Sequence record: SRR16203515_8910
DNA length: 34,626 nucleotides
Direction: 5' to 3' (one strand)
Shown here piece after piece: positions 20,197-30,101 of the stretch (position 1 is its first letter; every line of letters starts with the position of its first letter). Both the position numbers and the translations under genes were made by a program. Under the pieces are notes generated by a model. The model made no database searches. It had not been told where the DNA came from and saw nothing but the letters and a program-made list of their open reading frames with translations.

Positions 20197-21573
20197 ATGG
20201 ACTGGGTGTCGATCATCCCCCCTTTAGTGGCAATTTTTGTCGTTTTTTGGAAAAAAGAAGTCATTTTGGCCTTGTTACTCGCCGTATTATGCGCCGAAGC
20301 CTTAATTCTTTTTACCACGGCCCCAGAAACCAGCTTTCTCGCCCCCATCAATGCGATAGAACGTGTGGTCGTAACCGCGTCGAGTCCAGGCAATACCCGG
20401 GTGATTATTTTCTCGGTGTTAGTGGGTGCACTTCTGGCGTTTATACGCGACTCTGGCGGCGTCACCGCCACAGTAAATTACTTGGTAAACAAAGGCGTGG
20501 CCAAAAGTAAGAAGCAAGTAGGCAGCTTGACCATGTTTACCGGTATTGCGGTATTTATTGAGTCTAACTTGTCGGTACTTACCGCAGGTATTTTTGCCCG
20601 CGGACTTTTCGACCGCTTTAATATGAGCCGGGCACGGCTTGCTTATATTATCGACTCTACCAGCGCCCCCGTATGTATCTTAATACTACTGAACGGCTGG
20701 GGGGCATTCATCTTAAGTTTACTGGACGCTTATGAGCTACCGGCGTCTTCGGCGTCTATCCTCTGGGGTAGCGTTATTTTTAACTTCTACGCTATTTTCA
20801 CGCTGATCATCGTAGCCTATACCATAGCTACCGATAAGGTGCATGGCCCCATGGCTGAAGAAGAAAAGTCACTGACGGCAGCCACCACAGAACAGCGCAT
20901 GGAACCTGCTACCAAAGCCCGTTTTATGTTGGTGCCCTTGTGTGTGATGGTACTTAGCATGATAGGGTTTATGTTTTGGACCGGTAACGGCTCATTGGCC
21001 CAAGGTAGCGGCAGTAAATCGGTACTATATGCTACGGGCTTAGCCACTGCGGTGGCCTACGGTCTGCTGCTATTACATAAGCGTTTCACCCATCATCAGG
21101 CGGTGGAAATTGGTTTTAAAGGCATGGGCGAGCTTTTGCCCTTGGTGTCTATTGTGCTGCTCTCACTGACCCTAGGAAATAGCCTAAAGGTGCTGGGAAC
21201 CGGTGTGTTCGTTGCCGGTGTGGTTGGTGAATACTTACCTATTGTATTTATCGTGCCTATGCTATTTATTGCAGGTGCGGTGATGTCGTTTACCACAGGA
21301 ACATCCTGGGGCACATTTGCCATTCTTATTCCCATTGGGGTGCCCTTGATACAGGCGCTTGGCTTACCGCCTTCTTTGGTGATTGCGGCCATATTGGGCG
21401 GTGGTATTTTCGGTGATCATTGCTCCCCCATTTCAGATACGACCGCGGTGTCGTCTTTAGCGGCAGGCTGTGACGTGCTTACGCATGTTAAAACCCAGTT
21501 TCCCTACGCCCTATTTGCCGGAGGCTTAACCCTAATTGCCTACTTTGTTGCCAGTGTGGTAATGATTGGCTAG
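20197..21573 (+). CDS. NhaC-family transporter (probably organic solute/amino acid)
   Basis: LAYIIDSTSAP, TGTSWGTF, GGIFGDHCSPISDTT, HVKTQFPY. Confidence 0.9.
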   Translation: MDWVSIIPPLVAIFVVFWKKEVILALLLAVLCAEALILFTTAPETSFLAPINAIERVVVTASSPGNTRVIIFSVLVGALLAFIRDSGGVTATVNYLVNKGVAKSKKQVGSLTMFTGIAVFIESNLSVLTAGIFARGLFDRFNMSRARLAYIIDSTSAPVCILILLNGWGAFILSLLDAYELPASSASILWGSVIFNFYAIFTLIIVAYTIATDKVHGPMAEEEKSLTAATTEQRMEPATKARFMLVPLCVMVLSMIGFMFWTGNGSLAQGSGSKSVLYATGLATAVAYGLLLLHKRFTHHQAVEIGFKGMGELLPLVSIVLLSLTLGNSLKVLGTGVFVAGVVGEYLPIVFIVPMLFIAGAVMSFTTGTSWGTFAILIPIGVPLIQALGLPPSLVIAAILGGGIFGDHCSPISDTTAVSSLAAGCDVLTHVKTQFPYALFAGGLTLIAYFVASVVMIG

Positions 21574-21601
21574 GTTTTCACTTTATTGGAAGGATAACGA
21601 C

Positions 21602-23269
21602 GTGATAAAGAAATACCTGTTAGTACTCTCGATTTTTGTCCTCACTGCGTGTGCCCAAAGCCCGACAACAAGTACAGAGGGGGGACAGCAAGCGGTGGCT
21701 ATGCCTGACAGCTTCAGCGCTGATGCTGCGATGGCGGTACTAGAAGATGGCGGTAATGCCGTGGATGCTGCCATTGCCGCACAGTTTGTATTAGCGGTAA
21801 CCTTGCCCGAGGCGGGTAACCTAGGTGGCGGCGGTTTTATGACCATTGCCTTTAATAATGAAGATATCTTTCTTGATTATCGGGAAATGGCACCGGCTGA
21901 TGCCCACCGGGACATGTATTTAGACAGTGAAGGCAACGTCAAACCTTATGAATCTCTCTTTGGCGCAAAGGCATCGGGTATTCCAGGTACAGTTGCCGGA
22001 ATGTGGGCGGCCCATCAAAAATATGGCAGCCTACCTTGGAAGCGACTTCTCGCCCCCGCGGTGGCATTGGCAGAACAAGGTTTTGTGGTTCCGGTGCAAC
22101 TAGCTGGCAATATTACCAATTACTTAGAAAAGATGGACGAGCAAGGGCTTAGTAGTAACTTTGCCGACTATTTTGCCCATGCCAAGGCCAACGAACGCTT
22201 TGTTCAAAGTGAACTTGCAGACACACTTAAAGCCATACAGGCCCGTGGTACTGATGGTTTTTATCAGGGCGAGGTGGCCGATAAAATAGTAAGTTTTATG
22301 CAACAAAATGGCGGTTTGATCAGCCATGATGACTTACAAGCCTATCATGCGGTATGGCGTCAACCACTGCACCTTTCTTGGAACAACTATACCTTGGTGA
22401 CTGCGCCGCCTCCAAGCTCTGGTGGTGTGGCCGTAGCGCAATGGATAGGCATGCTGGAAGCCTATGCCGACAGCCATACCTTGCCGGCACACAATAGCCC
22501 TGAGTATATTCATGTGATGTCAGAAATTGGTAAGCGGGTGTTTGCCGATCGCGCCGAGTATATGGGTGATCCAGATTTTGTCGATGTACCCGTAGCGGCA
22601 TTAACCGCGCCACAATACATTTTGCAGCGCGCCGACGAACTACAAGATAACCAGATATCCGCAACCCCTAGCGTAAAACCCGGCTTGCCCGAGAGTGAAG
22701 ATACCACCCACTTTTCGATAATGGATAAATGGGGTAATGCCGTGGCAAATACCACAACGATAAACCTGACCTTCGGCAGTGGGGTGGTAGTAACAGGCGC
22801 AGGCTTTTTACTTAACGATGAGATGGACGACTTTAGTGCCAAGCCCGGCGTGCCCAACTTCTTTGGTGCTGTAGGCGGAGAAGCCAATGCTATCGCCCCC
22901 TACAAACGCATGCTCTCGTCAATGACGCCAACGCTGGTGAAACAGGGTGATGAGGTGGTATTGGTTACCGGTTCCCCCGGTGGAACCACGATTATTTCGT
23001 CAGTCGCTCAATCATTACTTAATGCATTGCTGTTTGATTTATCTGCCGAGGATGCAGTGAATGCCCCACGCTTTCACCACCAACTGCTGCCTAAAGACAC
23101 GATCCGCATGCACGATGGCTTCTCAGACGCCACGGTATCCGAGCTAAAAGCCATGGGCTATACCATTGATAATCGCCGCTTTGGTGATGTGCACCTTATT
23201 AAACGCAGCGATGCGGGTCTTGAGGCCGCTTCAGAGGCAAGTGGACGGGGTAAAAGCATTATTCGGTAG
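21602..23269 (+). CDS. ggt: Gamma-glutamyltransferase (lipoprotein)
   Basis: GGNAVDAA, DYRE, autocleavage site ED/TTHFS, NDEMDDF, SSMTP, GSPGG; GTG 21602 with RBS AAGGA and lipobox LTAC. Confidence 0.95.
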   Translation: MIKKYLLVLSIFVLTACAQSPTTSTEGGQQAVAMPDSFSADAAMAVLEDGGNAVDAAIAAQFVLAVTLPEAGNLGGGGFMTIAFNNEDIFLDYREMAPADAHRDMYLDSEGNVKPYESLFGAKASGIPGTVAGMWAAHQKYGSLPWKRLLAPAVALAEQGFVVPVQLAGNITNYLEKMDEQGLSSNFADYFAHAKANERFVQSELADTLKAIQARGTDGFYQGEVADKIVSFMQQNGGLISHDDLQAYHAVWRQPLHLSWNNYTLVTAPPPSSGGVAVAQWIGMLEAYADSHTLPAHNSPEYIHVMSEIGKRVFADRAEYMGDPDFVDVPVAALTAPQYILQRADELQDNQISATPSVKPGLPESEDTTHFSIMDKWGNAVANTTTINLTFGSGVVVTGAGFLLNDEMDDFSAKPGVPNFFGAVGGEANAIAPYKRMLSSMTPTLVKQGDEVVLVTGSPGGTTIISSVAQSLLNALLFDLSAEDAVNAPRFHHQLLPKDTIRMHDGFSDATVSELKAMGYTIDNRRFGDVHLIKRSDAGLEAASEASGRGKSIIR

Positions 23270-23684
23270 CGAATAACTGCTGCATTGATGCAAAGGCCTT
23301 AAACTCGAGGGCATTGCCAAAGGGATCGAGAAAAAACATGGTAGCCTGCTCGCCAGGCTGCCCTTTAAAGCGGATATAAGGCTCGATAATAAAGTCGATA
23401 CCTGACGCTGTCACCGTGTCGGCCAAGGTGCGCCATGCCTCCATCGTTAATACCACCCCAAAGTGCGGGACGGGCACGGCCTGATTATCTACGCCATTGT
23501 ACTGAGGAGGCGATGGCATAGTGGCCACACAGTGCGTCACTAATTGATGACCGAAAAAGTTCCAGTCGATCCACTGGCTATCACTTCGGCCCTTTTCACA
23601 ACCAAGTAAATCACCATAGAACGCCTCTGCGTTATCAAGGTTGGTAACGGGAATAGCAAGGTGAAAGGGTTGCGGCATACTCAC
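23259..23684 (-). CDS. VOC family protein (dioxygenase/glyoxalase-like)
   Basis: PFHLAIPV, GHQLVTH, VPHFG, EQATMFFLDPFGNALEFK. Confidence 0.9.
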   Translation of the reverse strand: MSMPQPFHLAIPVTNLDNAEAFYGDLLGCEKGRSDSQWIDWNFFGHQLVTHCVATMPSPPQYNGVDNQAVPVPHFGVVLTMEAWRTLADTVTASGIDFIIEPYIRFKGQPGEQATMFFLDPFGNALEFKAFASMQQLFATE

Positions 23685-23687
23685 TCC

Positions 23688-25094
23688 TTAAAGAAACTTT
23701 TTCAATAGGGCTAATTTAAACTTTGAAAAGGGCGCGTACCTAAAAGGCACATCGAGGGCAAAGGCCCGCTTCATTACTGTTTTGAGGTGACTAAAGGTAT
23801 CAAAGCCTGCGCGGCCATGATAACTGCCCATCCCACTGTTACCTACGCCACCAAAAGGCAGTTCTGGGTTGGTCATAAATAACATGGTGTCATTGGTACA
23901 CACACTGCCTGAACTGGTGTGCTGAATAATTTTATCTAATACGCTATCGTCATCGCTGAAGGCATACAGGGCAAGGGGCTTAGGTCGCTGGTTGATAAAG
24001 CTGATGGCCTCGTCGACATTTGCCACCGTTACAATAGGCAAAATAGGCCCAAATATTTCTTCCTGCATCAAGGTGGCATCACTTAATGGTGCCAACACCA
24101 AGGCAGGCGCCATCGCTGGCCGGGTTTCGTCAACCTCTCCGCCGTGCACCACATTCACTCCCTCTAAGTAACTCTTTAAGCGGGCTAAGTGGCGGTAGTT
24201 AATGATATTGCCGTAGTCTCTCGAGGCGAGCGCATTTTTTCCATACTGGCTGGTGAGCTCTTTTTTGATAGCATCAATAAGCTGATGCTCAAAACCACTT
24301 TCTACCAGCACGTAATCTGGGGCGATACAGGTTTGCCCCGCATTCATCCATTTTCCCCATACTATGCGCCGGGCAGTCACCTTGAGATTGGTATTTTTAT
24401 CTACGATACAAGGGCTCTTACCGCCGAGTTCCAAGGTTACCGGGGTAAGGTGTTTCGCCGCTGCACTCATTACAATTTTGCCAACGGCTTCACCACCGGT
24501 ATAGAAAATATGATCCCAACGACAGGCTAGCAAGGCGGTGGTTTCGTCTTTTCCTCCTTCAATCACCTCAACACAATTGGTATCCATGTACTGAGGGACA
24601 AGACGGGCGATTAAGTGAGAGGTTTCTTCGGCAAGCTCAGAGGGCTTGAGTATTGCGCAGTTGCCCGCGGCAATCGCGGCAATGTAGGGCGCGAGTAACA
24701 ACTGTAATGGATAATTCCAGGCACCGATAACGAGCACAGTGCCTAGGGGTTCAGGCTGTTGAAAGCTTTTTCCTGGCCACGCTACTAGCGGGGTAGAAAC
24801 ATGACGGGGACGCATCCACTTCGCTAAATGTTTAACGGTATGATCAATATCAGAGAGCAAGAACCCTTGTTCGGCCACCATAGATTCAGTTTCACTCTTG
24901 CCTAAATCGGCCTTGAGCGCCATCAAAATATCGTGCTGATTTTCCAGCAACAGACGTTTAAGGGCAGCTAACTGGCCTTTTCTCCAGTCGAGTGAGCGAG
25001 TGCGGCCAGAATTAAAACTACTTCGAAGTCTGGCCACATTTTTTAGATAGCAAACGCCTGACTCAACGGCGTGAAGGGTGGGCCTGGTTGACAT
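23688..25094 (-). CDS. Aldehyde dehydrogenase (family 3-like)
   Basis: WNYP, LELGGKSP, NAGQTCIAPDY, EEIFGP, PFGGVG. Confidence 0.95.
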   Translation of the reverse strand: MSTRPTLHAVESGVCYLKNVARLRSSFNSGRTRSLDWRKGQLAALKRLLLENQHDILMALKADLGKSETESMVAEQGFLLSDIDHTVKHLAKWMRPRHVSTPLVAWPGKSFQQPEPLGTVLVIGAWNYPLQLLLAPYIAAIAAGNCAILKPSELAEETSHLIARLVPQYMDTNCVEVIEGGKDETTALLACRWDHIFYTGGEAVGKIVMSAAAKHLTPVTLELGGKSPCIVDKNTNLKVTARRIVWGKWMNAGQTCIAPDYVLVESGFEHQLIDAIKKELTSQYGKNALASRDYGNIINYRHLARLKSYLEGVNVVHGGEVDETRPAMAPALVLAPLSDATLMQEEIFGPILPIVTVANVDEAISFINQRPKPLALYAFSDDDSVLDKIIQHTSSGSVCTNDTMLFMTNPELPFGGVGNSGMGSYHGRAGFDTFSHLKTVMKRAFALDVPFRYAPFSKFKLALLKKFL

Positions 25095-25233
25095 AAAAAC
25101 GCTCCGCCTAAGTTATCGATAAAAGGGGTAAGTGACTCGCACCACATCCCTTAATATGACGGAAAACACGCGACACAACAATATTTGTTAATGAATGTTT
25201 AAGTTTAGCGGCACAAACACAGAGTCTAGAAAC

Positions 25234-25267
25234 AAAAAAGCCGGCGCTTATACTAAGCCCCGGCTTT
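25234..25267 (-). terminator. purA terminator
   Basis: AAAAAAGCCGG...CCGGCTTT hairpin; U-tract on the minus strand. Confidence 0.8.
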
Positions 25268-25284
25268 CGATACGGCTATCTTGT

Positions 25285-26586
<1,302 letters not shown>

Positions 26587-26824
26587 TCATATGTGTAAGA
26601 AAATTAGGCGGGGATTCTACAAAATTATGGCAAGATGATCATCTGTTTTTCGCACAAAAATACGCCAACCAAGCAGATCTGACCATTTGGCCAATGCCAT
26701 CATTCCAATAAAACCAGTGTAAAATACTGTTTTAATTAAACAAAATTTAATCAACCTGATGGTTAGCCAACCTACCGGGTTAAGCGGATTAATTGCACTT
26801 TGTCGCTACTTGGCCCCTGTACCG

Positions 26825-28006
26825 CTATGCCTTGCCCTCCTTTGCCATGCTCGCAATAGCAGAAAGGTCGATACTGTCGCAGGTATGGTATAGACCAAAA
26901 CCAAACCTCAGCTTATCCCCTCTATGATCGGTTAATATTCCCTGTTGTTTTAATTCACTGGCGATTCGCTGGGTATCTTCAACACTAGGCATAGCAAATG
27001 CCAAGAAATGCCCACGCTGGCTTTCCTCTGTGACTACTAACGCCTTTGAGTTTAACAATGGGTGTTCACATTTATCTAGCTTGGCTAAAAAGTATTGTTG
27101 CAACGCCATCACATAGTCATTGATTTTGCTGACGGTTAACGCATGCTGTTCAAATAAACGTAACACCGCTCGCAAGCGATACAACGCAGTAAAATCCATA
27201 GTGGCACCGGCAAATCGCATACCATTTTGACTGTATTGCACCTGGTTATCCCGGGGTTTATCAAGATCGCCAAACTCGGCAAACCAGCCCGTATAGGCAG
27301 GGCGCAAGGTACACTCTGGCGGCACATGCATAAAACACGCACCCTCACCGGCCTGAGCATATTTGTAACTGCCCGCTAAATAAAATACGCGATGGGAAAT
27401 TGCCGATAAATCGGTGGGTTTGGCCATAAAGCCATGGTAACCATCGATAACGATTCGGGTATTGTGGCAGGTTACGCTATCGACAATGCTAATGAGATCG
27501 TCCACCACGAAAGCAGAATTAAAAAACACCTGACTAAAAAACACCAGATGTGGGCAACTGTCCTCAATGGCTTGTTTAAAGCGATGGTTAAAGCTATCAA
27601 AGGGGGCGGTTGGCACCACTACAAGGTTAACCCGGTTATCTTCTTGTAGGCGACTGACTTGACGCTGAAAACTGTGAAATTCCGAGTCTGTCGTTACCAC
27701 GGTAAAGGGCTCTTCATCGCGCAACGTACTCATAACACGATACAGTAACTCATGGGTATTTGAGGCAAATACAATTTGCTGCGGATGGCCTGTATTTAAT
27801 ATATCGCTAATACGTTGTTGTAACTCTGGCACTAGCGTAGAGAAGAAAAATGACCATTTTTCATCAACATACTTAGCACTGTCATCCCAATATTCGCACA
27901 TAGCCTCGCGGGTACAGTCAGGCCAAAAATAATGACTATGACAGGCATAGTGTTGTTTAGGCGCGGTGGCTTGCAAGAAACCTTGATAAAAATGTTGATA
28001 TGCCAT
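26825..28006 (-). CDS. Class V PLP-dependent enzyme (kynureninase-like)
   Basis: IDGYH, AGSYKY (PLP Lys), GWF, LRFGFG; RBS GAGG. Confidence 0.8.
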   Translation of the reverse strand: MAYQHFYQGFLQATAPKQHYACHSHYFWPDCTREAMCEYWDDSAKYVDEKWSFFFSTLVPELQQRISDILNTGHPQQIVFASNTHELLYRVMSTLRDEEPFTVVTTDSEFHSFQRQVSRLQEDNRVNLVVVPTAPFDSFNHRFKQAIEDSCPHLVFFSQVFFNSAFVVDDLISIVDSVTCHNTRIVIDGYHGFMAKPTDLSAISHRVFYLAGSYKYAQAGEGACFMHVPPECTLRPAYTGWFAEFGDLDKPRDNQVQYSQNGMRFAGATMDFTALYRLRAVLRLFEQHALTVSKINDYVMALQQYFLAKLDKCEHPLLNSKALVVTEESQRGHFLAFAMPSVEDTQRIASELKQQGILTDHRGDKLRFGFGLYHTCDSIDLSAIASMAKEGKA

Positions 28007-28208
28007 GACTTACCTCGTTACGGGCATTGAGTTACCGCTATTACAGTAACAAAGCACTTTGCTGAGCTAAATAGTGAGACGCGTATTTCCTGACGGCAGG
28101 TGTAAATAACAATTTCCCTCTAAAATTCGCTACTCAAACACATTCTCTGCTATACATTACTAACAGGTAGCCATTCACTTAAATGTAGTGAGTAAGGAAA
28201 TTTACGAC

Positions 28209-28634
28209 ATGCGTTTCCCACAGTATGGAAATTACAGCCTCGATATATCAGGTAACGTTTTAGAAGTATTTGCAACTGGCGCGTGGAACATAAGAACCGC
28301 AGAAATGCTGGTAGAGGAAATGCATGAACTGACGTTGCGCTTTAACGGCGAACCCTGGGCGGCTTTGATGGATGGCCGGCGCTGGGTGCTGTCCACGTCA
28401 GAGTGCCAGCAGTGTTTAACCGATGCGATCAAAGAAAATATTGCGAATGGATTGAGACGCTCGGCTTATGTATTAGATAGTGGCATGGTTAAGCGCGCTC
28501 ACTTAGAACACACCCACCCAGCGAAAGACCCTGAATTTGACCTTAGAGGCTACGAAAGAGCCTATTTCACCAACTACTTCGACGCACTAAACTACTTACA
28601 CCAGCAAGGCTATTCACCTATTGTGACAAAATAA
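28209..28634 (+). CDS. Hypothetical protein (possibly STAS/SEC14-like)
   Basis: ATG 28209 with RBS TAAGGA; GAWN, ALMDGRRW. Confidence 0.7.
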   Translation: MRFPQYGNYSLDISGNVLEVFATGAWNIRTAEMLVEEMHELTLRFNGEPWAALMDGRRWVLSTSECQQCLTDAIKENIANGLRRSAYVLDSGMVKRAHLEHTHPAKDPEFDLRGYERAYFTNYFDALNYLHQQGYSPIVTK

Positions 28635-28657
28635 AGGCGCGATAACGCGCCTTTATT
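28630..28657. terminator. Bidirectional terminator
   Basis: AATAAAGGCGCG-ataa-CGCGCCTTTATT. Confidence 0.8.
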
Positions 28658-28681
28658 GCTGCTCGGTGTTTAGCCCAGTCG

Positions 28682-29551
28682 TTAATAAAGTAGCCCGTAC
28701 ACTTTACGGCGATATTCAGATTTCAAAGGGTCGCCATCCGCTAGCGCGCCTATCATATCGAGCATGATTTTACGCGCATCGCCAAAGCTTAACTCTTGCT
28801 TAAGTACGTTAAATAAAAGGGGCAGAGCTTCGTCGTTCTTATTCGCTTGCTGCAACTGCACCGCCAAGTCGACCTTTAATTGCAGGTCGTCAGGATTTTC
28901 TTCAATGGCAGCCTGTAACTGGCGAATTTCTGGGGTATCCGCCGCCTGCTCTGCCAGCTCAATTTTACCGGCTAAGGTTTGATAGCGAGCGTCCTGATCG
29001 ACTAACTTTATGTCTGCCAACAGGGCTTTAGCTTGTGCCATTGAACCCGTTTCAATGTAGCAGTCTATCAACATATATTTCGCATCTATGTTGTCAGCAT
29101 TCAATTCTAGTGCTTGTTTCGCTTCTGGCAACGCAGCCGCATAGTCCCCTTGCTGAATAGCTTTGCCCGCGGCGGCTAAGTGTTCGGTCTCTGGATTCGG
29201 TAAGTACTTAGCCAGTAATTCACGGATTTGCGCTTCCGGTTGTACTCCGGCAAACCCATCTACGGGCTGGCCATTTTGTACCACCATCACAGTGGGAAGG
29301 CTACGAATACCAAATTGACCTGCCACTTCCTGCTGCGCTTCGCAATCAACCTTGGCCAGAATAAGATGCTGAGCATGCTCGGCTGCCAATTTTTCTAGTA
29401 TTGGCATTAAGTCTTTACATTGGTCGCACCACTGTGCCCAGAAGCCGATTAGGACGATCTTCTCCTGCGATGCTTGGACGATAATTTGTTGAAAGTTCTC
29501 TACAGTAATATCAACGATGGTTGCCGAATGATTTGCAACGAGATTATCCAT
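28682..29551 (-). CDS. cnoX: Chaperedoxin (thioredoxin plus TPR)
   Basis: Trx domain FWAQWCDQC, FGIRSLPTV; TPR region; C-terminal YRRKVYGLLY. Confidence 0.92.
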   Translation of the reverse strand: MDNLVANHSATIVDITVENFQQIIVQASQEKIVLIGFWAQWCDQCKDLMPILEKLAAEHAQHLILAKVDCEAQQEVAGQFGIRSLPTVMVVQNGQPVDGFAGVQPEAQIRELLAKYLPNPETEHLAAAGKAIQQGDYAAALPEAKQALELNADNIDAKYMLIDCYIETGSMAQAKALLADIKLVDQDARYQTLAGKIELAEQAADTPEIRQLQAAIEENPDDLQLKVDLAVQLQQANKNDEALPLLFNVLKQELSFGDARKIMLDMIGALADGDPLKSEYRRKVYGLLY

Positions 29552-29702
29552 AACGTTTGGCCTTTTACGGTTACATTTTTTAGAACAAGAATATGGGGTA
29601 GCTCATCGGAAAAAACAACCTCTTTGTAGGATCCATACCCGGTATCTAAGGCAGGCGTGTAAAATTAATGTTAAATTAAAAACTTAACTGGTGGAGAAGA
29701 AC

Positions 29703-30038
29703 ATGACCATAGACGCACAATCGCAAACCCATTTTGATTCGTTCGCTGAATTTTACCCCTATTACCTCAACGAACATGCCAATCCACATTGTCGCCAACT
29801 TCACTTTGTGGGCTCTTGGCTGGTGCTTGGCGTCATTGCCACCAGCATCGTCAGCGGCACTTGGTCGCTGTTGTGGCTCATTCCTGTTGTGGGCTACGGC
29901 TTTGCCTGGGTAGGGCATTTCTTCTTTGAAAAGAATAGGCCTGCCACCTTTCGTCACCCCTTTTACAGCCTACTTGGCGACTGGGTGATGTTTAAGGACA
30001 TACTTGTTGGTAAGGTAAGCTTAACTAAAACCAGTTGA
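29703..30038 (+). CDS. DUF962/Mpo1-like membrane protein
   Basis: FYPYYLNEH, LHFVG, GHFFFEKNRPATF. Confidence 0.9.
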   Translation: MTIDAQSQTHFDSFAEFYPYYLNEHANPHCRQLHFVGSWLVLGVIATSIVSGTWSLLWLIPVVGYGFAWVGHFFFEKNRPATFRHPFYSLLGDWVMFKDILVGKVSLTKTS

Positions 30039-30101
30039 ACTGGCTGCAGGATAAACAAAAACAAATCATACAGCGCACGTTAAGTTAGAAGGAAAACATA
30101 T

